A stretch of DNA of 64,000 bases, taken from the NCBI GenBank assembly GCA_020137815.1, contig CM035355.1, positions 2,108,001 to 2,172,000 on the forward strand, written 5' to 3'. Below, one piece after another: positions 1-14,345 of this stretch. Source of the DNA: Hormiphora californensis (Eukaryota; Animalia; Ctenophora). The stretch's first letter is position 1. The number at the start of each line of letters is the position of its first letter. Position numbers and translations under genes: made by a program. The notes beneath the pieces are model-generated. The model worked only from the letters and a program-made list of their open reading frames with translations. It was not told the origin of the DNA and did no database searches.

Positions 1-192
1 CTAGTTTTATAAATTCTTGTCTTTTTTATAAAAGATCGCTCAATTTCCATCTTTTGTTCTCCCGACCACTTCCCTCAATCACACTCTCTCTCTCTCTCTC
101 TCTCTCTCTCGGGCTTCCTTTCATTGACGCACGTGTAGCAAACCTTGTATCGTCATCGCAGGATTACCTCTCACTCACTCTCTATATCTCTT

Positions 193-235
<43 letters not shown>

Positions 236-794
236 TTTTCTTTCTCTATCTCTCTCTCTCTCTCCCTTTCAATTTCTCCTTCTTCATTATTCTCTATGCA
301 ATATATTGGAGAATAGTAACACATGACACATGTCAATGCGACATGTCTACATAGAGACAGCAGGAATCCTCACAAGAAACCAAATGCGTTAACATCTCTC
401 CCTCTTTCGTTCTCTATCTCTCTTTCTTTCTCTTCTCTTTCTCTTTCTCCCTCTCTATCCCATTCTCTCACTCATTCTACCTTCCCTTTCCATTTCATTT
501 TGATTGGAAGTAGGTCTACTGGATAGAATACACCCAGGGAGGGAAGATTATAAAATGAAGAGATTGAAAGAAGTCATGAGTCATGACACTCAATACTAGC
601 CTAGGAAAAGAGACTCAGACAGAACAGTTCCGTCTATTTCTAGTTATCTTGGTTCCATTGAATTTGTCTCTTACCTAGATAAAACAGACTCTAGATAAAA
701 CAGACCCACGGACCTTAGTAGAAATCTCACTGTAAAATGAAGCAGGCAACTGCATATAATAGTGTCTAATAAATGCAGTACTCTCTGAAGGGAG

Positions 795-795
795 G

Positions 796-844
<49 letters not shown>

Positions 845-853
845 GAGAGAGAG

Positions 854-895
<42 letters not shown>

Positions 896-977
896 TGAGA
901 GAGAGAGAGAGGAGGGGATAGAGAGAGTGAGTGAGAGAGAAGAGAGAGAGGAGGAGTGCCGAGAGAGAGAGAGCAGA

Positions 978-1044
<67 letters not shown>
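795..1044. repeat. (AG)n microsatellite, representative of dozens of AG/CT tracts in the window (e.g. 3727-3815, 5420-5530, 10300-10632, 14900-15245, 35170-35266, 40707-40835, 52020-52125)
   Basis: Directly visible dinucleotide runs. They generate the poly-SL and poly-ER ORFs in the ORF track. Confidence 0.97.
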
Positions 1045-1046
<2 letters not shown>

Positions 1047-1397
1047 TGCCCATGGGAGAGTGCAATTCGCTGTGACAAAACCATCTACGTCAGAAAGTAA
1101 TTGGACCTTTTTTGGACCGACCCCAGACTGTATTTTTAATTCCTCTCCACCCTATAATACTTCGCGATTCTACTGTTTTATTTTCCTCTTTCCTTTTCTT
1201 CACCCCCCCCCCCCTTTTTATCTTTTTATGTTTGTGTCTTCACCCCCCTTTTACAACATTAGTTTGTGGACTTCAAATGGAGAAGGGTTGCGTAAGACTT
1301 GGAGCAATGTAAAATGCATCTCCCCATTAAACAGACATATCCTTGTTTGGATATTGGGCTAGTTTTAACCCGTTTCTTATGGCGCTCCCTTTACTCT

Positions 1398-1431
<34 letters not shown>

Positions 1432-1798
1432 TCTCCCTCTCTCTCTCTCTCCAGTCTCCCTCCCTCTCTCTCACAAACACTTAACTGACTTATTTCATTC
1501 GTCCCGGTGAGACCTAGAAGAGAGTCGCACTTTCTCTACATCTTATAAAGTATCTCCATCTCTTTATCGCCCGCTATCTCTCCCTCTCTATCTCTCTCCC
1601 TATCTCTTTTTCTTTGCCACTATATCCCTCTCCCCTAACCTCACATTCTCTCCCCTTGCTTTCAGCACCTTCCACCCATCAGCAGTCATGAACGCACAGA
1701 CACACCGATATTTTCTTCTGTTAGATAGTGTTATGTACTATACTGCAAAGCTTACAGGACTTCAATGTAGAAGATGATGCTCTCTCTCTCTCTCTCTA

Positions 1799-1868
<70 letters not shown>

Positions 1869-2620
1869 CTTCTCTCTATCTCTCTCCATAAACTGTCCCA
1901 AACCCTCGCTCTCTATCATGATATATCTGCTCATGAAGGATAGGTCGACACGTTCAGTTCGCTAATCAAAACGACACACGTGAAGAGAGTGGAAAAAGCT
2001 GGGCGATGGGAAGAGATAGAGGCGATTAAAAGAAAAGACTAGAAACCAGTTAATAAACTAATGACTGCTGGCCGTGATAGCATATCACAGAAGACTATTA
2101 TCTCTTCTTCTTGTATCACACCTTCACCAAGTGTCCTGGTGTACATGGTGATACATCAGGTATTGGAAAATTTCAATTAACTCAACTCGACTCCTTTGGT
2201 AACGAAATTACCCATCAACCCGAGCGCACAGATATGGTTGACCTCGTTACCAAACATCTCCTTGTAAAGTCGGATTTTTTGAAGTTGTCACCCCCCACTG
2301 GGTTAGCATATAATATAAAAACAGCTTCCTCTACTGTTGATGCATATTGACGCACTACAAACCACGGGGTCTACCGCGTAGCTGTTACATAGTTTCCAGA
2401 ATTCTACAGAACCAGAATTCTGGTAGGTTCTACAGAAGTTTTGGTGGGGCAGTCACCTCACTTGAGAGTTGTTTTGACGCACTTCGTGCGGGAGTTGTAA
2501 GGGTGACTGCATCACCTAACAGAAGTTATGGTCCAGATTTCGATTATGTGTCTGATACATCTCTCCCAACATCGATTGATATTAAATGTGGGTATAATAT
2601 TAAGTAGATGGGTATATAGA

Positions 2621-2704
<84 letters not shown>

Positions 2705-3150
2705 GCTCTGAATGTGTGCTGTTACACTGGTGTACATCATGTGAAGTATAGCAGCTGTTAACACGCCACCCAGTGTGTGTGGTCGAGTGATGGCGTAAAT
2801 TTGTGTCTTCCGCATGTGTACAGTACTGGCTCCTTGGGAGCTCCTTCCCTCTCTTTATCGCTCTATCTTTCTATCTTTTTCTCTCTCTCTCTCTAGATCT
2901 CTCTCTCGATCTCTCTCTCTCGATCTCTCTCTCTATCTTCATCTCTCTATCTTCATCTCTCTATCTTTCTCTATCCGTCTATCACTAGCTATCCATCTTT
3001 CTATCCCCTCAATCTCTCTATCATTCTATCACTCTATCAGAGAGAGAAAGAGGGAGAGAGAGAGATGATACACACTATACAGACATGTGCCAAAGCGTCA
3101 CAGCAGCACTTCTATTCAGGGGTAGATCACCCGCTCAGATAGATCGATAC

Positions 3151-3259
3151 CAGGAACCGACCGAATCAGGAAATACTGGTCCCTGATTGGCTGATAACCA
3201 GTCACGTGACCTAAATAACGAGTTCTGATTGGTTGTTTACTTGTTTCGGTCGGTTCCTG
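3151..3259 (+). mobile_element. 109-bp hAT-type MITE
   Basis: TIRs CAGGAACCGACCGAA...TTCGGTCGGTTCCTG. Exact 8-bp TSD ATCGATAC at 3143-3150 and 3260-3267. A second copy lies at 19249-19345. Confidence 0.9.
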
Positions 3260-3722
3260 ATCGATACACACCTGAATCCAGATATTACCAGAGTATTGTG
3301 AGCACTCAGGAGAGAGCATATATGACGTCACAGCCTGTGTGAGCATTTGTAATTTCTCTGGACGATTAAATTGTGTCCGAACATTATTATCATTATTATG
3401 ATTGAAAACATGTGTGTGCGTGTGTGTTTACAACCCACAGAGTGGAATTCAGGGGGAAACTAGAAGAACTATAATGTGAATCTCACAGGGCACACCTTGT
3501 GTAGGAACAAAGTCGTTAGTCTCCCAAATAGAGTGACCGAGAAAAAGGAGCAGCAGTCTACACCCAGTCATTCTCCTCTATTTTAAATATATAGCACCTA
3601 GTATTCATAAGTACGGCTCATTTTATGTGACCACGCCCCCTAGGGGTTACTACATATCTGATGCAAGTGATATATTTAACTTGGCTTTATCGTCACCCTT
3701 TCACGTCATGAAGGAGCGTACA

Positions 3723-3819
<97 letters not shown>

Positions 3820-4356
3820 TCTCTCTCCCCCACTGCAGCCATTCAAGCAGTAAGATAGCCCATCACCTTGCTTGGTCGAGACATTGAGCTATTCTAATAA
3901 TGAGTTAAAGCTCGGATACATTTCAAAATGCCCTCTAAACCATTGATACCGTACTCATAGGCCTTGATTCTTTTGTTAAAGAATTTACCGATGCAAAATT
4001 TAATTTGTCAAGGCCGACCTAACCCTGTCAAAGACAGAGAATCATTAAAGCCCAAAAGTTCATTCTCCCTAGACATGAATTATTATATAGTGAAGTATAA
4101 TTTGTCTATGAATTGTCTATTAAAAGTTGTTTCATATAGAACTGGCAGCATTCCAGGCATTTGAGGTTGCTCTACATGTGTATTGGGGAAATTGTGCCGG
4201 CCGTTGGTCAGATTGGCACAGAGGAGAACTAGTGGTGTCCTTGCCAAACAAAAGTCGTAGTAGGATTACACTACATAGGGAGTGAAGACAGACAGAGAGA
4301 CAGATACTCAGATATCGATAGATAGGGATAGATAGACTCTCTTAGCTGTCCTCTCA

Positions 4357-4396
<40 letters not shown>

Positions 4397-4594
4397 AACT
4401 AATGTAGATATAATGTATATCATCCAACTCCTTTATATTAGGACATGAATGAAAATGATGAATTGAATCGTCGGATCTTCGAAGATAGAAACGGAAAAGG
4501 AGAGAAACGTGATAGAAAACTTATTAAATAGAACGTTATTCTAAAACCAATGCTAATATTTTCTATACTTCGTTTTTCATTGTTTGTATTACCA

Positions 4595-4933
4595 CTAGAC
4601 TGTGAGATTGTGTAACCATTGTTCGATCTTATTGAGAAGTCTCTGAAGATATATTACGCTTAGATAGCACTATGGGACTCTTGTTATAGGCTGTTGTACC
4701 CATGGTGTACAGGCGGTATACAAGCGCTGATATTATACTGTATAGGTCGCCAAAAGTAAGTCGGACTTTACATTGTACATCATATTGAATTAAGAGATCT
4801 TTCAATTAAAACCGCTAATTTTGCATTTCCTCCGTTTGTAATTTTGAATCCGGCCACACACAGACGTACATACATACAATACCATCATTCACTTGAACAT
4901 GATACAAAGATGGCCTTCCTCGGTTATATAAGA
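4595..4933 (-). mobile_element. Possible non-autonomous Helitron-like element
   Basis: The minus strand reads A|TCTTATATAA...GTCTAG|T (TC...CTAG in an AT site), with an internal (ACAT)n tract. No clear 3' hairpin was seen. Confidence 0.3.
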
Positions 4934-5042
4934 TGTCAAGTTAGCTGTTCACCTTGCTCGACCCTGTTTCTCCGTGCCCCGAAACTTTTACAAATGTAAA
5001 GGAGGGTTAGAACATAACAACCCGTGCCTGAATCTGTCCAGT

Positions 5043-5145
5043 TACAGTCGGACCCCGATTTAGTGGCACCCCGATTTAGTGGCAGGATTTTTCCCCCGAT
5101 ATAGGAAATTAACATTATTTGACCCCGATTTAGTGGACACCCCGT
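5043..5145 (+). mobile_element. Truncated Tc1/mariner-pogo-like MITE end
   Basis: TA followed by CAGTCGGACCCCG, then three copies of ACCCCGATTTAGTGG. No matching right end. Confidence 0.5.
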
Positions 5146-5445
5146 CGAGTCTGGAGACTGAAGGATATATCGTTGAAATCCTCAAGAAACTATTTTTCTA
5201 CCGAATGAGCAGTTAAAAAAGGCGCAACTTGATATGTTTCTGTCTCTATTTTTACATTTATAATAGTCAACTACCACCGATCCATCAACTGCTCAAGTCA
5301 ACAGGTGTGGGCCTCATGACATGGTAGAAGGAGTGATAGAGGCCATGGGATAGAGAGAGGACGGGATAGAGGGAGGGAGCGATAGAGAGGGCGTGATAGA
5401 GTGGGGAGCGATAGAGATTAGAGAGAGAGAGAGAGAGAGAGAGGG

Positions 5446-5530
<85 letters not shown>

Positions 5531-8500
5531 GAGAGAGGTAGAGAGGGGAGGGGGAGAAAGGGAGAGATAGTGTTTGAAGAAATTATAGGGCAGCTCGAGG
5601 ATTGAAAGAAAAAAATGTCAAAATTTATATTAAAAAAGGACATGTCTTCTATTCCGCAGACCATTCTTTCTAAAAGGTATTCCAGTCTTTACAATAAGAA
5701 TATTTCTATTGGTAAGAACATGTGTTGTCTTGTACAATGCGGGGTGTTGTATCCCTAAGATGTAGGTATTAATGGCGTTATGACCTACTAACTAACACAT
5801 ATAATGGAATTTAGCTCTCTCCTCCTCCTCTCTCTATCTCACCCCTCTCTCTCTCTCTATGTCTTCTACATCTAAATTCATTCTCCTGTCTTCACGCCTT
5901 GGATTGTACACAGTATATTGCATACAGGTGGCTCTCCCCCTCTCAACCCATCCTACCCTCTCTACAGCTGTCCTACCCTGATATTCCCTCCAAAAACACA
6001 CATCTCTGAGGAAGAAAGAGGTGACATAGGTTCAATCTTTAGAAATACACTTTGTCAGAAGGAATGATGCACAATGCACACACAATTTGCTATCTTATTT
6101 TCAACAGATAGATATTTTAGTCTTTGACGGATTTTGACACTTTGTACGTAATGTACGTAGATTATACGATAAATCATCTACATATTACATGACCACATTT
6201 CTCCGATAATTTAGTTTCATAATAGATAAATATTAAAAGTCACAGCACGGCAAAATACATAATTGTTGTGTCAATGGAAAATATGAATTTCGTTTCTTTA
6301 TTTCTCTCCTCAGCTCTCTTTCCTCTCTATCTCTTTTCGAAACAGAAATTATTATATTCCTCTGCTTTCTTAGAAACAGTTTTCACAATTATGAAATTAT
6401 ACATGTAGTCACGAATCGCGATTTTAATTGTTGTAATCTAAAGCAAAAGAAGAAATTTGTGATTAGTAAAGATCTTGGGTGAAGGAAACTGCTTTACAAA
6501 AAGGAGGAATGAACAACCGAATTCCCGACCCCATCCCTAATAGAAAATAGAACTGTTCATGAACTTCGTACCCTGCCTCGTTTAACATGTGAGCTGTCAC
6601 CCAAGAGAACAGTAGGAATATGTTTGACTTGGCTGTGTGTGTGAGCATTGTTCATTGTATATGGTACAGATCTGCCTGTGTGTAGGGCTTTTATTGGTGT
6701 GTTCCCCCGTCTTTTTTATATTTTTTCGTTTGGGTTTTTTTAAAAAAGGGGGGGAAAAGAGAAGGAAAAAAAATGGGGGGGGAAAAAAGGGGGGGGGGAT
6801 TTTTGGGGGGGGGGGGGGGGGGGAGAGGAAAAAAGGGGGGTAAAAAAGGGGGCCCTTGTATTGAAAAACCCCCCCCTTTTACAGGAAAAAATTAATTTTT
6901 CCTCCCACATCCCCCATTTTTGGGCAACAAGAACAAACTTTTCGATACCCCAAACCCCGGGTACAGGGTTTTTTTGTAACCCCTTTTTTAAATTTTTTTC
7001 CCCCCCTTTTCCCCTTTTCCCCCTTTTTTCCCCCCCCCTCCTTTCCCCCTTTTTTTCTTTTTTCTTTTTTTTTCTTTTCTCCCCCTTTTTTTTCCTTTTA
7101 TCTTTCTCCTTTTTTTCTTTTCCCCTTTTTCCCTTTTTTTTCTTCCCCTTTTTTTCTTTTTTCCCCCCTTTTTTCCCCCCTTTTTTTTTTTTCTTTCCCG
7201 GGTTTTTTTCCCCCCCCCTTTTTTTTTTAAAAAAAATTTGCCCCTTTTTTTTAAAAATTTTTCCCCCCCCCCCTTTAAAGGGTGTTTTTTTCCCCATGGG
7301 GAAAAGGTTTTAAACCAAAAACCCACCCGGGGGGGGGAAACGGGGGGGTTTTTTTTTATTTTCCTTGGGGAAAAATTTATTGGGGTTTTACCCTCTTTAT
7401 TTTGTTTCAATTTCCAAAAAGGGGAAAAAATAAAAACCCCAAAAAAAAAAACCCCTTTAAAAACATTTAATTTTCTTTTTCATTTCTAAAAGGGGAAAAA
7501 AGTCAAAAAACCCCCCCTAACAGGGAAATTAATATCAAAAAATGGGGGGTTTAAAAATTGTTTTTTTTTTCCTTTTTTTAAAATCCCAAATTTTTCCCGT
7601 TTTTAAAAATTTTTTTTCCCCTTTAAGTCTGGGTTAAAAAAATTTCCTCCGGGAAAACTCCCTGGCTTTGGGGTTTCCCGCTATCCCCTTTTCCCCCCCG
7701 GGCATTATTTTTTTCCGTTATTTTATAAAAAAAAAGGGGGGGGATCCCCCAAAAAAAAAAAAAAAAACCCAAATTTTTCCCGCGAAAGGAAAAAAAAAAG
7801 GGGGAAAAAGAGAGGGGAAAAAGAGAAGGGGGAGAGAAGGAGGAGAAAAGGGGGGGGATGGGGAGAAGGGAAGGGGGAAGAAGTAAAAAAAAAATTGAAA
7901 TAAAATTGATTTATTATAAGACAAGTTAATACCGGGAAAGTTTTGGGTAGAAAGGCCCCTAAACTCGCCAAAAAATTCTAAAAAGGGGGAAAATTAAAAA
8001 TATGGGGGGGGAAAGGGGAAAGGGGGGGAATGGGGGGGAGGATGAAAAAAACGAAGGGTAGGATTCCAGGGAGAGGGGAAAAAAAGAAAGATAGAATAAA
8101 AGAGAGAGAAAAAAGGGGGGGAGGAGGAGAGAGAAGAGGAAAAGGGGGGAAAAAGGGGGAAAAAAAGGGGGGGGGGAGAGGATAGAAGGATAGAGAGAAA
8201 GGGGTAAAAGTACAAAAAAAAAGAGGGGGGAGGAAAAAAGAAGGGAGAAAAAGGAAAGGAGGGGGGGGGGAAAAAAAAAAAATTTTTTTTTTTTTAAAAA
8301 AAAGAAAGAAAGGGGGGAGAAGAGGAGAGAAGGAAAGGGGGAAAAGGGGGGGGAAGAGGAAAGAGGAAAGGGGGGGGAAAAAGGGAAGGGGGGAAAAAAA
8401 GGGGGGGAAAAGGGGGGAGGAAAAAATGGGGGGGGAGGAAAAGAGGGAAAGGAGAAGGAAGGAGAAAGAAAAAAGAGGGAGAGAAAGAGAGAGAAAAGAA

Positions 8501-8933
8501 GAAAAGAGAAAGAGAAAAAGGGGAGGAGGAGAGGAGAGAGAAGAGAAAAAAGGGAGGGAGGGGAAAAAAGGGAGAGAAAAAGGGAAGAGGATTGAGGGTA
8601 AAAAACAAGGTAAAGAGAAACATAATGAGAGGATTTATTACATGTACATGCAATTTTGAACCCCAGGGACTGAACTTCCCGTTTGGGGGGGAAATAAGGG
8701 GGAAAAAATGGGAGAAAAAGGGGGAAGGGGGGTGATTGTGTGTATGTGTAAAGTGACAGTAAAAGGTAGATTGAGTAAAATGAAGTGAGCGAACATCGAG
8801 GAGAGAAAGAGAGTGAACTATATCTGGTAGTTCGAAAAGAAGCTCGAGCAAATGAAGAAATTTGTAAAATTCACAGCATGCTAAAAAGTTGACAAATATC
8901 ACTGCACTGGCTCAATGACAAATCAACACATAC

Positions 8934-9760
8934 CTCCATTATCGGCGAACCATTCGATGTCGTTTACAAGGAGTACCCCCGCTGAAAAGTAGGGTAATGT
9001 TTTGGGAAAGCACGAGGAAAACATGTCGAGGAAATTTAGTTGTTATTGGGAAATTCATTTTTGGAAAAACTTCTCGTTGGTGTTTTTTTGTTTTGTTTGT
9101 CATTGATCTGTAAAATGATTACTTACCAACTGGATCAACATGTCCGACATAATCAACAAACTCTCGAGTTCCAATATAAGTTGAAATCTGGAAAAATAGA
9201 AATTGTATTACGAAACTAAAGGTTATGGGGGAATATCAGTGAGTTGAGAGAGAGAGGGGGTAGGTAAAGAGAGATATTTATGAAGAGATACCAGCGAAAG
9301 TGCTTGACAGTGTTACCAGGAGCTTGATTAGACAGCTAGAGAGATTCAGGAAAAATAAGTTTAACTTATTATCACATAAATGGCATTAACAAATTACTCT
9401 CTGGTGGAGAAAATAAATAACGGCACTTTCAAATGTCTTCTAGTTCGCTAACAAGTCTCCCTTAATTAACAAATAAAATCAACTCCTTACCTTTCCATCG
9501 AGACACATCTTTTTGAAAACCCTGGGGACAGAAAGGAAGGTGTCACAATTAATAGTTCTCAAAACGAGTGCTTTTGAAACATTTTGTGACACTTGTCACA
9601 CTAACATTCAGAGGTTACATGAGGTTAAAATGAGGTTGAAGTGAGGTTAAAATGAGGTTGAAAGGAGATTTCATATTTTACAGGGTGTCACATACCTCGT
9701 GCCATCTTTGGCATCTTTCTTCGTCTCTTTCTTTTCTTCTTTTCCCTCTGTATTCGACAT
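8934..9760 (-). CDS. ARRB: Beta-arrestin, exons 1-4 (copy 1): 9760-9696, 9521-9491, 9187-9127, 8981-8934. Exon 5 is garbled near 7900-7985 and the rest of the gene was not found in the window.
   Basis: In-phase GT-AG splicing gives MSNTEGKEEKKETKKDAKDGTRVFKKMCLDGKISTYIGTREFVDYVGHVDPVAGVLLVNDIEWFADNG, matching the beta-arrestin N-terminus ([40 protein letters not shown]). Confidence 0.9.
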
Positions 9761-10331
9761 ACTACGGTAAAGGAAAATTTACAATTATTAATAAATTTAC
9801 AATTATTAATAAAAGTTGTAAAAATCTCGGAAGAAATCGAGACAGAATGGCGATAATAAAAAGAGAATTAACATGTTATACCCTCTTCTTTTCTCTCTCT
9901 TTCTGCCTGCTCGCTTCACACGCGTGCCACACTTGATAAGGGCTAATAGGGGGTCTACGCAAGGCTCGGGGGGTGTTGCAAGAATCACCTGAGAGATGTA
10001 ACAAAGCGTTCTCTGGCCCCGCGATGATACTGAGTGACGGTGAGTGGCCGATAAAAATAGCCACCACAACTCACAAGAACTATATCAAGTACTAGACCTT
10101 TACATTTAGCTACCAAGTATACCACTATAACGATAATTATGTAATTATAATTATAATTATATATATATGGATCGATTACAGTACAATTATGCCGTGGCAA
10201 AAGTGGAGACCTGACAATACTGCCGCACATTGCCGAGAGATATAATAGCTATTTAATATTATCAAACACAATCTCGATATAATACACGTGCCCAGACTCC
10301 AGTGAGAGAGCTAGGGAGAGCTAGAGAGAGC

Positions 10332-10517
<186 letters not shown>

Positions 10518-10540
10518 AGCTAGAGAGAGAGAGAGAGAGC

Positions 10541-10623
<83 letters not shown>

Positions 10624-12778
10624 AGAGAGAGATGAAAGCACAGGAAATCACAGTGTTATACAATACTGTTGTAGGATAGAGAAAATGAGAGACAATTACA
10701 ATATATACTCCGAATATTATATGCAGCTGTGGAATGTAACGCTAGCCAAAACATACAAACGTTCTATGAAATTCAACAGTATGTTATATGTACATCCAAC
10801 GTCATTCATTTACTCGGCAGGGCGTTATCCGTGTAAGCTCATTGTAGCTGTGTATTGGTGGCCGCGATTGGCAGCTCTCCTGTAAAAGCTGCTGCTATAG
10901 ACCACTTGCACTGTAGGGTAAGGGAAAGATGCACATGAATGAGAGACATCTCATCAGAGATCCCTCTCTCTCAATATTTACAGTTTACAATTAAAAGTTA
11001 CATGCAGATGTTGGATATGCCGTTCTCTCAAGCTGGCACAATTCATGCACGGCATAATGGGATGTAGGTTCAAGGGTTTTTAAAAAGCACCCACAACCTC
11101 TAACAACTCTGAGTTGCACAAAGCACCATTATTATTATGAAATCTGAGTTTACATAATTGACACATAACCAAAGAATCCACAGGTGCCTCCCCCCAGTTT
11201 TGCCCCCCAAAAAGGAAAGGGTAGAGGTTAAAAACCCCCTTTTTTTCACAAGTGAAAAAATAGCCCCAACTGATATTCCCTCCAAAAACACACATCCTCT
11301 GAGGAAAACGAGGTGACATAGGTTTCAATCTTAGAAATACACTTGTCAGAAGGAATGTGCACAGCACAACAATTTGCTATCTTCTTTCAATCAGATAGAT
11401 GATTTTAGTCTTTGACGGATTTTGAACACCTTTGTACTAATGTACTAGATTATACGTATAAATCATCTACATATTACATGACCACATTTCCTCGATAATT
11501 TAGTTTTCATAATATATAAAATTAAAAGTACACAAGCACGGCAAAATACAATAATTGTTGTGTCAATGGAAAATATGAATTTCGTTTCTTTATTCTCTCC
11601 TCAGCTCTCTTCCTCTCTATCCTCTTTTCGAACCCCCCCAGAAATTATTAATATTCCTGCTTTCTTAGAACAGTTTTTCACAATTATGAAATTATACATG
11701 TAGTCACGAAAATCGCGATTTTATTGTTGTAATCTAAAGCAAAAGAAGAAATTTGTGATTAGTAAAGATCTTGGGTGAAGGAAACTGCTTACAAAAGAGG
11801 AATGGAACAACCGAATTCCGACCCCATCCCTATAGAAAATAGAACTGTTCATGACTTCGTTACCCTGCCCTCGTTTAACATGTAGCTGTCAACCAGAACA
11901 GTAGGAATATAGTTTTTGACTTGGCTGTGTGTGTGAGCATTGTTCATTGTACATGGTACAGATCTGCCTGTGTGTAATGGCGTTATGTGTGCTGTGCGTC
12001 ACTGTCCTGTCTTTATATAGTATATGTCGTTATGTCTTGTGCAAGTGAGAGAGAGAGAGAGAGTAAGATAGAAAAAATGGGAGGGAAAGAGAGAAAGAGA
12101 CAGATAGAGTATGTATCTGTATGAGGGGGGGGGGGGGAGAGGCCAGAGGGGGATAAAAAAGGTCACATATAGTAATTTAAAACATCCAATCCATCTCTTT
12201 TTCTTTTTACAGGAAAAAGATGTATATTCTCAGCCAATAGAACACCATTATCCAACACAAGGTGTTCGAGACAACACAGAACACACGTATCGAATCACCA
12301 CTAACTGTGTTTGTACATGTGTGTTTCTGTGACTGGGATTGTTCTCTCTCTTTCTCTCTCTCTCTCTCTCTTTTCTCTCTCTCTCTTCTCTCTTTTCTAT
12401 TCTCTTTCGTCTCTCTCTCTTCTCTCTCTCTATCTCTCTCATCTCTCTCTCTCTCTCTCTCCTCCCTCTTCTCTCTCTCCTCTCTCTCTCTCTCTTATTT
12501 CTTTCTCTCTCTCGCTCTCTCTTTCTCTCTCTCTCTCTCCTCCTTTTATTATATAACAACGAATCAAGAGGGATTGATCCTCGACTCGAGAAATAAATAT
12601 GCAACAGGAAACCAACTTTTCTCGCGAAAATTGAGAGAGAGATGAGAGGAGAGAGAGAGGAGAGAATTGAGAGAAGAGCGAGAGAGAGAGAGAGAGAGAG
12701 AGAAGAGAAGAGGGGAGAGAAGATGAGTAAAGAGAGAGACAGGAAAATAGATAGTGAAATAAAAATATGCATACTTAC

Positions 12779-14345
12779 TGAATATAGATCTTTTTTGAAG
12801 TTAATACCGAGGACATCCAAGTCATCTCGGCCGTACCGAAACGTTGCCGTAATCTCTGCAAAAACTTTATATTCTGAAAAAGGGGACAAAGAATTAAAGA
12901 AGTAAAGCGAGGGAGGAAGAGAGGCCGAGGGAGCGAGAGGTAGGGAGGGATGGATAGACAAAAAGGACGACAGGTAGAGAATTCTCTACTAGAGAGAGAA
13001 AAGGAGAGAAAGGACGAAGAAGAGAGGAAGAGGAGAGAGAGAGAGAGAGAAGAGAGAGAGGAGAGAGAGATGAGATGAGAGAGAGATAGGAGTGGAGCGA
13101 GAGAGAGGGAGAGAGAAATAGTGATAGAGAGATGAGTAATAAACAAGGTAAAGAGAAACATAATGAGAGGATTTATTACATGTACATGCAATTTGAACAT
13201 GACATGAACTTCGTTTTTTGAGTTCACTTCCAGCATAATGAATGGAGAGAGAGAGAGAGGAGAGATGAGAGAGAGGAGATAGAACGAGAAGAAGCAGAGA
13301 GAGTGATTGTGTGTATGTGTAAAGTGAGAAGTAAAGGTAGATTGAGTAAATGAAGTGAGCGAACATCGAGGAGAGAAAGAGGAGTGAATATATCTGGTAG
13401 TTCGAAAAGAAGCTCGAGCAAATGAAGAAATTGTAAAATTCACAGCATGCAAAAAGTTGACAAATATCACTGCCCTGGCTCAATGACAAATCACACATAC
13501 CTCATATCGGCGAACCATTCGATGTCGTTTACAAGGAGTACCCCCGCTGAAAAGTAGGGTAATGTTTTGGGAAAAGCACGAGGAAAACATGTCGAGGGAA
13601 ATTTAGTTTATTATGGGAATTCATTTTTGGAAAAACTTCTCGTTGGTGTTTTTTTGTTTTGTTTGTAATTGATCTGTAAAATGCTTACACAACTGGATCA
13701 ACATGTCCGACATAATCAACAAACTCTCGAGTTCCAATATAAGTGAAATCTGAAAAATAGAAATGATTACGAAACTAAAGGTTATGGGGGGATATCAGTG
13801 AGTTGAGAGAGAGAGGGGTAGGTAAAGAGAGATATTTATGAAGAGATACCAGCGAAAGTGCTGACAGTGTTACCAGGAGTTGATTAGACAGCTAGAGAGA
13901 TTCAGGAAAATAAGTTAACTTATTATCCACATAAATGGCATAACAAAATACTCTTGTGGATGACGACAGCGATCAGCAACATCCTAAAACATCGGCACTA
14001 CCTTTCATCGTCAGCAAATGACAATGGCGTCATCAGAAGTTCGCAAGCAACAGAGGTCTCACAATATACAGACATAACAACCATACGATTTGTTACGGAC
14101 AGGAACCCTTTTGAAAACCCTGGGCAGAAAGAAGGTGTCACAATTAATGTTCTCAAACGAGTGTTTGAACATTTGTGACATTGTCACACTAACATTCGAG
14201 GTTCATGAGGTTAAATGGGTTGAAGTGAGGTTAAATGAGGTTGAAAGGAGATTTCATATTTTACAGGGTGTCACATACCTCGTGCCATCTTTTGGCATCT
14301 TTCTTTCGTCTCTTTCTTTTCTTCTTTTCCCTCTGTATTCGACAT
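12779..14345 (-). CDS. ARRB: Beta-arrestin, exons 1-5 (copy 2). Exon 5 (12873-12779) is intact; exons 1-4 carry indels or garbling.
   Basis: Exon 5 encodes (E)YKVFAEITATFRYGRDDLDVLGINFKKDLYS, the arrestin finger-loop motif FRYGREDLDVLG, and is in phase with exon 4. Confidence 0.85.

Noticed and set aside
675-785. Minus-strand exon-like segment as the next arrestin exon
   Set aside because: No arrestin similarity in any frame.
6700-8720. K/G/F/P-rich ORFs in homopolymer-rich sequence
   Set aside because: This is a garbled low-quality version of 12000-13300, i.e. a sequencing artefact.
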